This document shows, piece after piece, positions 19,301-29,000 of a stretch of DNA of 53,809 nt. The stretch lies in the IMG/VR virus record IMGVR_UViG_3300032214_001510, positions 1-53,809 of that record; one strand, written 5' to 3'. Both the position numbers and the translations under genes were made by a program. The notes beneath the pieces were generated by a model. That model ran no database searches. It was given only the letters and a program-made list of their open reading frames with translations, and was not told where the DNA came from. How positions within the stretch are numbered: position 1 is the first letter of the stretch; the number at the start of each line of letters is the position of its first letter. The stretch is from a virus. Taxonomy: Duplodnaviria > Caudoviricetes.

Positions 19301-21451
19301 GTTTTTGATTGTCCAATAGGTGCTGGAGCAACCATTGGTATCACATCAGTTACTTATGATAATGTAACTGGTATTATGACCGTAAGCACTGCTTGGGATC
19401 ATTTACAATTGTCTGGTGATACTATAAAATTATTTGGGCTCAACTTCTCTTGTGATTCCTCTGGATATGGCACCACAACTATTTTCCCAGATGGAACTCA
19501 AGGTTACTATTTCCCAGTCAATAGTGTTGGTTTTGCAACAGAGTTTACCACAAATGTAGGCATATCCACAATTTCACATTATTACGTTGATGGTGGTTAT
19601 GTTCAGGTTGGAATTACGACAAGTGTGTTCCCAGATGGAACTAGAGGATATGACTATAAGGTTACAAATGTTGTTGGTATAAAAACTTTTACAACTAATG
19701 TTGGAACTTCTACTATTACTCACAATTATATTAGTGGTGGATATATTAAACCTATTGGAATTGGTAGTGAAACTGGAGAAGTTAGATCGTTTAGAGTTTC
19801 TAGACCTGGATATGCCTTCCAAAGAGGAGACGTATTTACTGCTGTTGGATTAGTAACTGCAAAAGGTTATGCTCAACCAATAGCTCCTTTTGAGTTGACA
19901 GTTTTAGATGTATACACAGATACCTTTGCTGCTTGGCAATTTGGTGAACTAGATTTCATTGATTCTATCAAACCATTGCAAGATGGTGCTAGAACTAGAT
20001 TCCCATTATTATATAATGGTCAACTCCTAAGTTTTGAGAAGAATCCAGGAGATCCAGATTCATCACAAATTGATTTGGATAGTGTACTCTTAATATTCAT
20101 TAACGGTGTCCCACAAACACCAAAAATATCCTATCAATTTACTGGTGGTACTTCATTCACATTCACATCTCCACCAAGTGCAGACTCAAATATTGCTATT
20201 TTCTTCTATAGGGGATCGAGAGATAGTGATAGTGTATTTGTTAATGTTAATGAAACTATTAAAAAGGGAGACCTTGTCCAAATAGAATCAAATAATGATA
20301 TAAGAACTACTGTTTCACAAAATCAAAGAGTAGTTTATGAAGTTGCTGCAGCGGATAAACTTGAAACTAATTTATATAATGAGCAAGGGGTTGATGATTC
20401 TAATTTTAAACCATTGTCTTGGACTAAGCAAAAAGTTGACAGATTTATTTCTGGGGAAACTGTTTATAAAACAAGAGATATTTTAGAATCTCAAGTATAT
20501 CCAACAGCTCAGATTATTAAAAATGTTTCATCAGATGAAGTAGAGGAAATCTTTATTGATAAAGCAGAATTGTTTAGATATGAAGAAGATGAATCTGCTC
20601 TTGTTCTTGGTGAAATAAGTGCTTTTATTGGTCTTGTTGGTGATGATCCAATTGCTGCAAAACTATCATCTTCAGTCAGTGCTGGTGGAACTATTCAGGC
20701 AGTAAACGTAATCAATGGTGGAAGTGGATATAGTGGTCCTTCGGTTGATATTGCTATAGCAGCACCAAAGACGATAGGGGTTGGTATAGGAACAACTGCA
20801 ACTGCAACTGCATCTATTGTAAATGGTTCTATTGTATCTGTTTCAGTCAATAATCCTGGTCTAGGGTACAATACTGCAAAACCACCACAAGTTCTAGCAC
20901 CAGTAGCAACACTTGTATATGAAAACATTACTAGTATAAATGAAGTTTTTGGATTCTCGGGTATTATTACTGGAATAACAACCACAACTGGAATTGGTGG
21001 ACATCCACTAGCACTTAAACTATTCCTAAATGCAAATACAACTTTTGCACCATTGTTAGTTGGATATCCAATTAATGTATTTGATACAAATGTTGGATCT
21101 GGAGTAACTTCTGTTGACTTTGATGACAATTCGATTGTTGGAATTGGAACTTCATACTTAGATAATATCTACTATATTCATGACATAGTATTTCTTGGTC
21201 AAAATGCGGAGGTAACCACAAATGTGGCTTCCTATAGTTCCATAGTTGGAATAGTTACTGTTGGTAGTGCCACAACTAACGTTGGAAGATTTAGTTGGGG
21301 AAGATTGACTGGATTTACAAGAGGATCTGAACCGTTATCAATAGCAGTTACAGGATTTACTGTTAATCCTGGTTTAACAACTTTCCCATATATTCAAAGA
21401 AGAGGATATGGTTTAAGAGATCAAGGTCCGTTGAGAAAGATACTACAATAA
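7349..21451 (+). CDS. gp7: Giant (4700 aa) gp7-like baseplate wedge initiator / structural protein
   Basis: Lies between gp6 and gp8. Motifs FYQSKGTEESFRILF and YYQNLSYSVKS...LVHPVG, plus many beta-rich repeats. Confidence 0.8.
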   Translation: MITTGFDARVKVGQIIESQLPEFLLSESPKTVDFLKQYYLSQDFPGGPADIAENLDLYLKLDNLTPEAMSGYTTLTSAVGLNDTEIFVDSTKGFPPKNGLLKIDDEIITYTESTSTSFTGCVRGFSGITSCHSSLDQEELVFSTSVASTHQLSAKVENLSICFLREFYKKLKSALTPGLEDVEFVAGLDVSNFIKEARVFYQSKGTEESFRILFNVLFGETPKIINLDNLLLKPSSAQYIRRAVLVAKNISGDPLNLIGQTLFRKNDLETRASISNVEILSRAGEIFYRIDLFLGFADTDSIQGTFTITPKTKAIGNVAVDSSVITVDSTVGFPESGTIISGQNNITYSEKTINQFLGCENINFNISTTDDVISDDLYFGYENADTSKICELRITGVLSNFITKTKNQELDEGEKIAVKNIGISIKNPPENKTFKEIFANSWIYNTSVRYQVSTISGSSFTLSSSIDKSSLKEGDLIDVILRGSVNNVVFSDALVSNINYSNSQITLDNLIGFVANPSLSYDIRRKLNKASSSGSPIQYGNNIVTSDIQNVYVDNDDYFYVASNSFPSYSIDVQLTESVLLNAEGGTSLQGLDIQTLLYHVLSFSSAVPFATGDEVVYFPESTPIEGLQPGLSYFVKVDDVFTNKITLYNSRSFIESGDYVEFYALPLGVGGKHSFVLKDQKDRFLKPQKNLIKFLGKQDIINGLNEKTQPGKVAILANGVDVINYKTNDKIYYGPIKNITLFNQGVDYDVINPPTIEVINPSAGGTKALIQPVVSGNVKKVFIDPQDFDIEKVISVTIAGGNGNGCTLEPVLEKRYREVEFDARRLDFAGGVSVDAETITFLTNHNFKNGEQVVYNPNGNAPLGLGTYLGGNFDQNLTLVSGASYYVKLVNNNTIQLYPRFNDYISGINTIGFTTISAVGIHKFRTFDAKTTIKEIKVTNPGSGYQNRKLYIKPEKVIITQDWITFDNHNFNDGDLVEYQCVGAGSTLISGLSTSNNYYILKVDSNTFRLSNAGIGGSITSNYDRRNYVKLESQGLGYHIFKYPDISLSINVSYGSSVSGIITATPVIRGNIIDAYLYENGSKYGSQTINLHKKPKITIKNGKGAELKPFISGGSIKSVEVLVDGDEYNASPDLIVNGSGVGAVLRANASNGKLTSVVVINGGINYDENTTISIIPPGRNALIDLFVRDLTLNAEFRYGTEVIAPSNNGLGYGWVGYSTSYGASEFGDKGSTHSPIIGWAYDGNPIYGPYGYSNPEDSDSPVILMRTGYIDNTSLVFDRPASFSPGFFVDDYVFIGNQDLDTHNGRYCVTPDFPNGTYAYFVGIKTDALNNLVPTFPYFVGDTYRSKVITDNFLNLNQSFDFNSSNLVRNTFPYKVNDDTAACEFLYESNNITNQFLIVDSVTSGSIIDYNVIEPGDGYSVGDLVKFDETSTRGTGLNAAVSSIIGKDIVSIASTTLQYENTVFTWKDKATVRAHLPSFHEFYGSNNIISVSGLTTYVPKITGTHIVGISSDYINVIKEIPLNLSSGIVTDIYVSRVSSSVSIGCTLGIGSEFFSVLNIFSERNILRVKRGVSGSAHTIGTKIYIKTNKLDIPVSLDYFDSEYNETLYFNPTVSVGIGSTSSNVESINYPLGDVSYPISVQTQSIYIPNHPFKTNQAVILSKPSVSSSSLSVGSTSVSPNFSLPASQSQIVYIINKSKDYIGLATQVGLTTTGGVFFFTNGDDNYEYSLTPTKFEVEGNVINNKTTVSLSTSHALKRNDVINLSVNPELTQGIGNSSYVYLKYNSSYDKVLVNPVGFGSVSVDSYKNTLYLPLHGYNTGDKVFYDSADLIISGLQTGSYYVYRIDDNVIQLCETLKDLKSNPIIVVGFANTGGSLNEISLINPPLSAYKNNNLKFDVSNSSLTGYQLKLYTDANLANEFVSVGTTAEFNLIKNGVPGITGSFVTLEYSDLIPSRLFYQLEKSGYISTSDVEVLNYSQINYVDSVYSGSYSISGIGATSFDISLRSRPEKSSYTFNEAVLKYTTSSQNDVGGVDKINIIFGGFGYKKIPSFVEIESNGGTNANIDIVGSGIGDIREFKILDQGFEYSSDKTLRPEALISPRLELINNNEIVGVDILFAGKKYTSNPDIIVFNPVTKQIINSGTLRANVYSSSIRNIDIVETPKGLNSVLHELYTVQNSNGVGINSVITAGVGIVTVFLSTPFLGFSTAPFSPGDDIFVENIVLERPGLGFNSRDYDFKFFKVVSYDNTIPAKLEYSIVGFADGNPGLAKTEQFSFASITKKSDYPILKPIQSRSNFVIGEKISVRSNTGTFIETDLEVTDFRSNNVKLFGEYELFVGDVIRGVLSGTLASINESSNNQGEFEISFSLRKDFGWLDDVGKLDEDYQVIPDNDYYQNLSYSVKSTKTYDEIVDTVNRLVHPVGLKNFADTQVLSSSSSPVVGDGFGDIAVFDLIDERRVDTVSNYDLVQDQDLIINEGKTYSKFIKFKSKKLSDYIECRTNRVLTVDNIGPQFSNSNTAEGGFTDLYTYAEPFARFLVQIKNSKSRETQLTELIVLYTDSDVLIEGIKDANVFTVEKGTLSSNGDQIPVAELLGNVDQFDNLTLRIFPESIFKDDYDIKILVNQFNTTIAGISSALDIGATTLYTKVSTCGITTSTTIFEVDSDKVQSFIASIHVLDLDNNEQNYAEVYVSHDGVDTYQSEVIADNNKYTTAVTSVSIGTFTSYIDSGVLKLDFANPRSTNQQIRHRIIGFGTESVGLGTYRYALEGQANERSARYVTNVVQSVGSASTTLVGVSTNLITSFKSYVNVSIGETRAVHQLMTMHDGREIYILQGPFLSIGSTTGIGTFSAEYVGENLEFKFNPDPDITGTCNIICFSEQLYSEIDAANIPPDLINGPLTEKVFLGEFNGSQGDRINRLDFTISYEGIPVFSKLFNPNNIDQINLSTGIFRLRDHFFSPDEELTYTEGSTFVGVPALPIGIGSTLVGGTVFTGDFLAGFSTITGVSTSTGLNPGQSVIGLGIPAGSTIVSVGQTYRYFSGNVSSGSTIITGVANTSILNFVGAGIFSGNGTGIGTVVSVGIGSIISSGTIAVGTGVTYYLNVLGVGVSLSSVAAGSSFRNSYTSGITTNVCPNDVYVIRLDSDRFKLTGTRNSGIGFTFTSPGSGNAHKLTMKKRLEKSLIMIDNVVQYPLTYTPLNYTLVNNGGQISFASTIFGISGISSIRISDVLEINNEFMKVVNFGSAPSPSGPISGVGTYLAMNVQRGFSGTIATAHSDGSVARVYRGGYNIEDSILYFTQAPLGSGFARLDNSNLLRPYAKFDGRVYLRKDYTTNKIYDDISDQFSGIGVTFRLTSSGEDTTGIEPGNSILFNNQIFQTPTTSNNGGNNYELQESSGKTEIVYTGITSSDGSIVKSLVDINQNQLPRGGIIISLGSTNGLGYAIPENATVGIKTGPSGQITEIIGYATTSSYNSFTNFAYSHVTGIATVTTASPHNFVYGDQISIRNLKLECPDGYAGLTPNVGISTVSYDKTTGIMTVTTATPHYLATGVNLRLRNLNFSCSGPSGITTTIFPDGTRGFIFTTNKIINSTNFETNVGISTITHNYMSDGTVEVGITTDIFPDQRGIPYTINNFDYYKTTGVSTITFNYNHNFKIGDTIKLQNIQFDCPISAGATIGITSVTYDNVTGIMTVSTNWNHLLSPGNTIRLFDFNFSCDSSGYGTTTIFPDGSQGYYFPVNSIGFATEFTTNVGTSTISHYYVDGGYVQVGITTSVFPDSDNNYHIVNIPTADSIVVNVGPSTITHNYVGDGYAYAKKRVGPYRVRTIVNTNTFETDLYTVGFAHTYVSGGEVSKYYNFNIGSGYRGGEVGVSVTSLTGYGATIRAFAGIGGTLGFTIDGGGVGYAFTNTTVIIPEPSYENLNIKGVSRVGVGTTTETGIGLLLSVDIGPAQSEYGGTIGIVTAQYDKTTGIITVTTDSIHSLSVGNHFQMYDIVFDCPIGAGATIGITSVTYDNVTGIMTVSTAWDHLQLSGDTIKLFGLNFSCDSSGYGTTTIFPDGTQGYYFPVNSVGFATEFTTNVGISTISHYYVDGGYVQVGITTSVFPDGTRGYDYKVTNVVGIKTFTTNVGTSTITHNYISGGYIKPIGIGSETGEVRSFRVSRPGYAFQRGDVFTAVGLVTAKGYAQPIAPFELTVLDVYTDTFAAWQFGELDFIDSIKPLQDGARTRFPLLYNGQLLSFEKNPGDPDSSQIDLDSVLLIFINGVPQTPKISYQFTGGTSFTFTSPPSADSNIAIFFYRGSRDSDSVFVNVNETIKKGDLVQIESNNDIRTTVSQNQRVVYEVAAADKLETNLYNEQGVDDSNFKPLSWTKQKVDRFISGETVYKTRDILESQVYPTAQIIKNVSSDEVEEIFIDKAELFRYEEDESALVLGEISAFIGLVGDDPIAAKLSSSVSAGGTIQAVNVINGGSGYSGPSVDIAIAAPKTIGVGIGTTATATASIVNGSIVSVSVNNPGLGYNTAKPPQVLAPVATLVYENITSINEVFGFSGIITGITTTTGIGGHPLALKLFLNANTTFAPLLVGYPINVFDTNVGSGVTSVDFDDNSIVGIGTSYLDNIYYIHDIVFLGQNAEVTTNVASYSSIVGIVTVGSATTNVGRFSWGRLTGFTRGSEPLSIAVTGFTVNPGLTTFPYIQRRGYGLRDQGPLRKILQ
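18322..19636 (+). repeat. Intragenic duplication of ~330 bp (about 18322-18655 and 19303-19636, offset 981 bp)
   Basis: The two copies encode near-identical peptides. A 47-bp block is identical at 18353-18399 and 19334-19380. Confidence 0.9.
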
Positions 21452-21456
21452 ACCCA

Positions 21457-21464
21457 CATAAATA
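21457..21464 (+). promoter_or_regulatory. T4-type late promoter CATAAATA
   Basis: Intergenic, upstream of gp8. Confidence 0.75.
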
Positions 21465-21483
21465 GAAAAAAAAACCTAATAAA

Positions 21484-23037
21484 ATGGCATCAATTGTCAC
21501 AGATCAATTAAGGATTTTAAATGCAAATAATTTTATAGAATCTGTTTCAGATTCTAATAATTCATATTATGTTTTTGTTGGATTACCAAATCCAACTCAA
21601 GTTGGATTTGGAAGAACTAGTGATTGGAACACAAATGTTCCAAATCCAATTGATTCTATCAACGATTTAAACCATACATATGATAATATAATTTTTGGTA
21701 AAAAAATTACAGAATCAAACGTTAAGAGGTTGGTGAGAAGAATCGATTGGACTCAAGGAAGTAGATATGAAATTTATAGGCATGATTATTCTATTAGCAA
21801 TCCATCAGCAATAACACAGTCTTCTCGTTTATACGATGCAAATTACTACGTAGTTAATGCTGATTATAGGGTTTATATTTGTATAGACAATGGTTCTTCG
21901 GGTATTAACACAGTCGGAAATGCATCACAAGATGAACCAACATTTACAGATTTAGAACCTTCTAAAGCTGGAGAAAGTGGTGATGGATATTTATGGAAAT
22001 ATTTGTTTACAGTTTCTCCTAGTGATATTGTTAAATTTGATTCCACAGAATATGTTGCCGTTCCAAGTAATTGGAATACTTCATCAGATGCTCAGAATCA
22101 AGCGATCAGAGAAAATGGAGATTCAACAGTAAATGAAAATCAAATAAAAAAAGTTTATATTGAGAGGCAAGGTGAAAACTATGCAAGTGGATTAGGTCAA
22201 GAAGTTAATATATTAGGAGATGGAACTGGAGCAAAAGTTGTTTTAGATGTTGTTGGTGGAAAAATAACTAATGCGGTTGTTTCTTCTGGTGGAAAAGGTT
22301 ACACTTATGGAATTGTTGATTTGGGTCCAGTGAATGCTAACGTTATCCCAGCAAAAGCAGCAAAATTAATTCCAATTATTCCCCCATCCAAAGGACATGG
22401 ATTTGATTTATATAAAGAATTAGGAACTGATAAAATTTTAGTATATGCAAGATTTGATGATTCGACAAAAGATTTTCCAAGCGATACTAAGTTTTCGCAA
22501 ATAGGAGTGCTCAAAAATCCAACATCAATTGGATCAACTAATACCTTCACAGAAAACCAGTTTTCTTCTGCATATGCTATTAAATTTGTGTCTACTAATG
22601 GATCATTAAATATTGGTGATATTATTAGACAACCTGTTTCTGGAGGAATTGCTTTAGGTTATGTTTCGGCATATGATCTAGAAACAAAAGTTGTAAAGTA
22701 TACAAGAGATAGATCATTATTTTTTAATGATGGATCTTTAGATCAAACTGATTATGTTGGTGTATCAACTGCTGGAAAAGTTTTAAATTTCGAATCTTCA
22801 GCAACAGTTGTTACCACAACTGGAGGATTTTCTGGTGCAGTTGATATTGGATTTAGTGGAATTACAACTAATCCAACTGGAACAAAAGTTCTTAATTTGG
22901 GTGTTCAGTTTACAAATGGTCTTGCTTCACCTGAAATAAATAAAGCATCTGGTGAAATTTTATACTTGGACAATCGCCCATTGATTTCTAGAAACCCTAG
23001 ACAAAAAGAAGACGTCAAAATTATTCTGGAATTTTAA
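21484..23037 (+). CDS. gp8: Baseplate wedge subunit gp8
   Basis: YRVYICIDN and DGYLWKYLF motifs, C-terminal QKEDVKIILEF. Confidence 0.92.
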   Translation: MASIVTDQLRILNANNFIESVSDSNNSYYVFVGLPNPTQVGFGRTSDWNTNVPNPIDSINDLNHTYDNIIFGKKITESNVKRLVRRIDWTQGSRYEIYRHDYSISNPSAITQSSRLYDANYYVVNADYRVYICIDNGSSGINTVGNASQDEPTFTDLEPSKAGESGDGYLWKYLFTVSPSDIVKFDSTEYVAVPSNWNTSSDAQNQAIRENGDSTVNENQIKKVYIERQGENYASGLGQEVNILGDGTGAKVVLDVVGGKITNAVVSSGGKGYTYGIVDLGPVNANVIPAKAAKLIPIIPPSKGHGFDLYKELGTDKILVYARFDDSTKDFPSDTKFSQIGVLKNPTSIGSTNTFTENQFSSAYAIKFVSTNGSLNIGDIIRQPVSGGIALGYVSAYDLETKVVKYTRDRSLFFNDGSLDQTDYVGVSTAGKVLNFESSATVVTTTGGFSGAVDIGFSGITTNPTGTKVLNLGVQFTNGLASPEINKASGEILYLDNRPLISRNPRQKEDVKIILEF

Positions 23038-23039
23038 AA

Positions 23040-26000
23040 ATGCCACAAAAGACTAATCTCAATATAAATCCATACTATGATGATTTCGATAAAAATGATA
23101 ATTTTTATCGAGTATTATTTAAACCTGGATTTCCTGTCCAAGCTAGAGAATTAACATCTCTACAAAGTATTCTCCAAAATCAGATAGAATCTTTTGGTAG
23201 TCATATTTTTAAAGAAGGATCTATGGTAATTCCTGGAGGAATTACTTATGATAATGCTTATTATGCAATTAAAATAAATCCAGATCACTTGGGAATCGAT
23301 GTTTCATTATATTTGGATTCTTTAATAGGTATTACCTTACAAGGTCAAACTTCTGGATCTACAGCAGTTGTTGATAATTATATTCTCCCTCCAACTTTAG
23401 ATGTAGAAGTTCCAACACTTTTTATTAAATATAGAAGTGCTGGAGCTGAGGCAGCGTTTTCTACTTTTGAAGATGGGGAATTATTAATAACTCAATCAAA
23501 TGTACAATATGGAAGTAATGTAATTAATTCTGGTTCTTCTGTTGCAACCGTTTTTTCCATAGGAGCTTCTGCGATTGGAACTAGAGTTAATATTTCACAG
23601 GGTGTGTACTTCATTAGAGGTACTTTTGTAGATGTACAATCTTCTCAGATTATTTTAGATGCTTATGAGAATACACCATCATATAGAGTTGGTCTGACAA
23701 TTTTAGAAGAAATTATTACAGCAGGTGATGATGAAGACTTATATGACAATGCAAAGGGGTTTTCAAATTATGCAGCTCCAGGAGCTGACAGATTAAAAAT
23801 TACTGCTGTTTTATCAAAGAAAGCACTGACAGATTTTGATGATAAAAACTTTGTTGAGTTAATTCGTTTAGACAATGGGGAAGTAAAAAAACTTGCTGAT
23901 AAGACTCAATATAATATCATAAGAGATTATTTTGCAAAAAGAACTTATGAAGAATCTGGAGATTATTCAGTTGATAAATTTTCTGTTGAAGTAGCAAACT
24001 CATTAAATGATTTAATATCAAGTGATGGAGTGTTCTTAGATACTCAAAAAACAGATCAAGGAAATACTCCAGCAGAAAATCTTCTAGCAGTTAAAGTATC
24101 TGCAGGTAAAGCCTATGTTCGAGGATTTGATGTAGAATCAAAAACAACAACTATTATAGATGTTGATAAACCTAGAGAAACAAAAACCGTAGGAACTTCT
24201 TTAGTACCATTCGAATTAGGATCTTTAATAAGAGTAAATAACGTTTATGGTACTCCTTTTATTGGAATAAATCAAACCAATAATACCGTAGATTTAAGAG
24301 ATAGGAGAATAACAAACCCAACAGCATCTTCTGGATCAGCTATTGGAAAGGCAAGAGTATATTCATTTGGGTTATCAGAATCTTCTTATGCAAACCCATC
24401 AACTCAGTGGGATTTGTATCTTTTTGATATCCAAACCTATACTACATTAGAAATTAACACATCTCTTGTGGCGGCTCAATGCCCAGCTTCATCTTTCATT
24501 CGTGGTTTAAGTAGTGGTGCAACAGGATATGTTGTAACTGCACCTTCGGGAACAACAGTTACGTTATCACAAGTTTCTGGAAAATTTATTGCTGGTGAGC
24601 AAATTTATGTTAATGAAACTTTAGAATTTACAAGATCAATTAAAAAAGTTAAAGATTATACTGTTGATGATATTAAATCAGTATATCAAGCGAGTAATTC
24701 TATCACTGCTGAATTAAAAACTATTTTTAACGCAGATGTAGTTCTTCAGCAAAAAACTGCTCCAGGTTTTAGTATTGTTGATAATCTTTTTATTGCTGCA
24801 AGTGGAATTGCAACTTGTGCTGGAAGATCATTTTTGGGAATCAGAACCGATGCTCTAGTTAGATACCAACAAGTTGGAGTTAATACAGCAACGTTTAATA
24901 GAGTCGAATATGTTTCTTCTGATGGAAAAACTCTTAAGTTAGTTGGAATTAGTAGTGATGTTGTTGGTGTCTCGTTAGGTAACTTACCAACAACACCATA
25001 TGCTGGTCCGTTTTCAATTGTCACTCCTCTTCTAAGAGAAAAAGAAGATACATCTTTAACAGCACCAATCAACTCTACAAATGTTTCCAGAGTTGATCTA
25101 GGTCAATCAAATCTTTTAATTTCTTACCAATTCCGTCAGTTAAGTACAGATGCTGGGGGAACTTTAACCGTAAATGTCTCTGCATCTGGAATCAGCAGTG
25201 CATTCTTTGAGACATATGATGCAGATCGATATTCAGTTCATTATGCTGATGGAATTATTGAAGATTTGACTCCAGACCAATTTACTCTACAATCTAATAG
25301 TACTATTCTAAGATTGGATGGATTAAAAGTTAGCCAATCAAATAATGTAACTGTAAACGCAACAATAAGAAAAATTAGTGTTAAAAATAAGCAAAAACTT
25401 TTTGTTAGAAGTGAAAAATTAGGAGTTACCAGAACAGTTTCAGCAGCTTCGACTGACATAACTGGATTAACAACTAGTTTTTATTATGGATCTAGAGTAG
25501 AAGATAGAGAAATAAGTTTAAATTATCCAGACGCTGTAGAAATTATTGCAGTATATGAATCCTTAGATAAAAGTGTTCCTGTTTTAGACAAGTTAACCTT
25601 TGTTTCTGGTTTAAATTTAGATACTGCATCCGTAATTGGTGAAAAAATTATTGGTAAAAATAGTAAATCTGTAGCACAACTAGTTACAAGATCTTCATCA
25701 ACAGAAGTTGAGTTTGTTTATCTGAACAAATCCAAATTCATTTTGGGAGAAGAAGTCACTTTTAGTGAATCAAACATATCATCAACTATTCAGGGAATAA
25801 CTGCTGGTCAGTATTTAAACATTGGTGATAGATATTCCTTAGAAAAGGGTCAAAAAAATCAATATTATGATTATTCTAGAATCGTAAGAAAATTAGGTCA
25901 ACCAGCACCATCCAAGAGATTATTGATTATTTTCAATAGATATGATGTTCCAACAAACGATACTGGAGATATTTACACTGCCAATTCATATGAACAAGAA

Positions 26001-29000
26001 AGATATGCTAAAGATATTCCAACTTTACCTGATGGTACAAGATTAAGTGATGTTTTGGATGTTAGACCAAGAGTTGCTTATTTTGATTCATATACTTCCT
26101 CACCATTTGACTATAGCACTCGCTCTTTTGGATCTGTTGCTTCTAATACAACATTAGTAGTTTCTCCCAATGAAAGTTCCCTGATTGGTTATTCTTATTA
26201 TTTACCTAGAATTGATAAGATTGTTTTAAATAAAGAAGGTGAATTCTCATACTTAAAGGGTACACCAGCAGATAATCCCAAACCACCAACAAATGCTGAA
26301 TTTGCTATGGAAATTGCAACAATTCAGTTTCCAGCATATCTTTATAATCCGAGAAAAGACTCCAAAATAACTTTGGTGGATAATAGAAGATATACAATGC
26401 GAGATATTGGAAAACTAGAGGATAGAATTGAAAATCTAGAGATTGTGACCTCATTGTCCTTATTAGAACTTGATACTAAAACTTTACAAGTTCAGGATGC
26501 TGATGGACTAACAAGATTTAAAAGTGGATTTTTTGTTGATGATTTTAAAGATAATAATTTACTGGGTGCTGGCACAAAGGCAGATATTAATGTAAATGAA
26601 AGTAAATTGATTACAGAGACTGATTTTTATTCATTCCAACCATTATTAGCACTAGACCCATCTATTGACGAAAATGCTGCAGATTTTAATACTGATCTTT
26701 CTCTATTAGATCCAAATGTAAGAAAAACTGGTGAACTAATAACACTAAATTATGAGGAAAAGGGGTGGTTAGAGCAACCCTTAGCATCAAGAGCTGAAAA
26801 TGTTAATCCATTTAATATGGTTGCATTTTTTGGATCTGTCATACTTCGTCCAAATGCTGATACTTGGGTAAGAAATGTTTATGTTCCTGGTGGAACAAGG
26901 CAAGTTACGGGTGGTAGCGATTATGAATTTATTGAGAATATTAAAATTGCATCAGCACCAGAACAATGGATGAGATCTAGGAATGTTGAGTTTGTTGCTG
27001 GTGGATTAAGACCTGGAGATACTTATTACACGTTCTTGGATGGTGTAAGTGGAATTGATATTATTCCAAAAGTTCTTGAGATTGAGATGACTTCTGGCGT
27101 CTTTAATATTGGAGAAACTGTTGAAGGATATGTTGGGAACGAAAGAATTATTAGATTTAGAGTTGCATCACCAGTTCATAAAGATGGTGCTTATGATAAC
27201 CCATCAAGAGAGTATGCAGTAAATCCTTATAATTTCTCACAATCAATGCCGAGAAATTATTCAGCATCATCTACAACTTTAACTATTGATACCAATGCAA
27301 TGTCCAGACAAGCACTGGGTGAATATTTTGGTAGAGTTGAGATTGGATGCACATTATATGGAAGATCATCTAATGCAATTGCAAAGGTTTCAAAAGTTCG
27401 TTTAAGAACTGATAACTTTGGAGATCTTTTAGGATGCTTCTTCTTAAAAGATCCATTAACAACTCCACCACCAAATATCCGTATTGGAACTGGAGTAAAA
27501 TCTTTCCAAATTACGACTAGTGCAACCAATGCACAACCTTTACCAGGAAGTCTATTAATAAGCAATGCTGAAACAGTTTATTCATCTACTGGTATTGTTG
27601 ACACATATCGCCAAGATAGAGTAATTGTTAGAAGACCACCTCCACCTAGAGGAAAGGGTAAGGATCCACTTGCACAGTCATTTACGGTTGATGAAACTGG
27701 AGCATTCTTGACTTCTGTTGATCTTTTCTTTGCAAGTAAAGATGAAGATGAAAGATGTTTTGTTGAGGTTAGGGAAGTTGAGTTAGGAACTCCTAGAAAC
27801 TCTGCTATGGCAGATTTTGCTGGTCAGGCTTTAGAACCAAGTCAAATTGCAATCTCAACTAACGCAACAATACCAACAAGAGTTACTTTCCCATCACCAA
27901 TTTACTTGGAACCAAGAAGAGAATATGCAATTGTTGTTCTTGCACCATCAACAAACAATTATGAACTTTGGGTAGCAAGAATGGGTGAAAAAACTGTAAA
28001 CTCTCAGTTTTTACCAGATGCTGAAAGTGTCATTGTAACTAAACAGTACACTGGAGGATCACTATTTAAATCTCAAAATGGATCAATTTGGACAGCAAGT
28101 CAATTTGAAGACATGAAGTTTAAGCTTTATAAAGCAAACTTTACATCATCCGATGGAACAGCTTATTTCTACAATCCAAGTTTGGGAATTGATGATGATA
28201 ATACTCCATCACTATTGCCAAATCCTTTAAAAGTTAATCCAAGAAAATTAAAAGTTGGAATTACAACCACAACTATATTGGGAAGTGTCTTGATTCCTGG
28301 TACTAAAGTTAGTGAGGGTACTCAACCTGGTCCTTATGGATTTATTGAAAAACTAGGAAGCAAAATAACTTCAGTCAATATAACCAATGCAGGATCTGGT
28401 TATACCTTAAGTGCATCTTATACAGCAGTACCACTTTATAATATTACTGGATCAGGAACAGGAGCAACAGCTAATTTAACTTTCTCAGGAAATGTTCTTA
28501 CTGGAATTACTGTAAATGCAGCTGGTAATGGATATGCTGTTGGTGATGTTTTGGGAGTTACAACAAGTTCTGTCAGTAAAGGTAGAAATGCCCAAATTAC
28601 AGTAACTGCGATTGATGGAATTGATACATTATACTTAACAAATGTTCAGGGTGAGACATTTACTGCTGCTCAACAACTTGTTTATTATAATGGCACTTCT
28701 TCGGTTTCTCTAGCACTAACCACAATTTTAAATTCTTCTGTATTGAGTGATTTTTATGATGGTACTGTTTTTGAGGTTGCCTCTTATGGTCACTCAATGC
28801 ATTCTCTGAATAATAGAGTTCAGATAAAAGGCATAGAACCTGATACAGTTCCAACAGTATTGTCAAGTAATTTTGGTCTTTCAGATAATACATTATCTAT
28901 TGCCAGTACTTCTGGATTTAATAACTTTGAGGGAATTAGCACTTCTAGTGGGTATGTTAAAGTTGGATCTGAGATCATGTTCTACCAGTCAATAGGATCT

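Noticed and set aside
18322-19636. Diversity-generating retroelement TR/VR pair
   Set aside because: Differences are mostly synonymous and not adenine-specific, both copies are in frame within one gene, and no reverse transcriptase is in the window.
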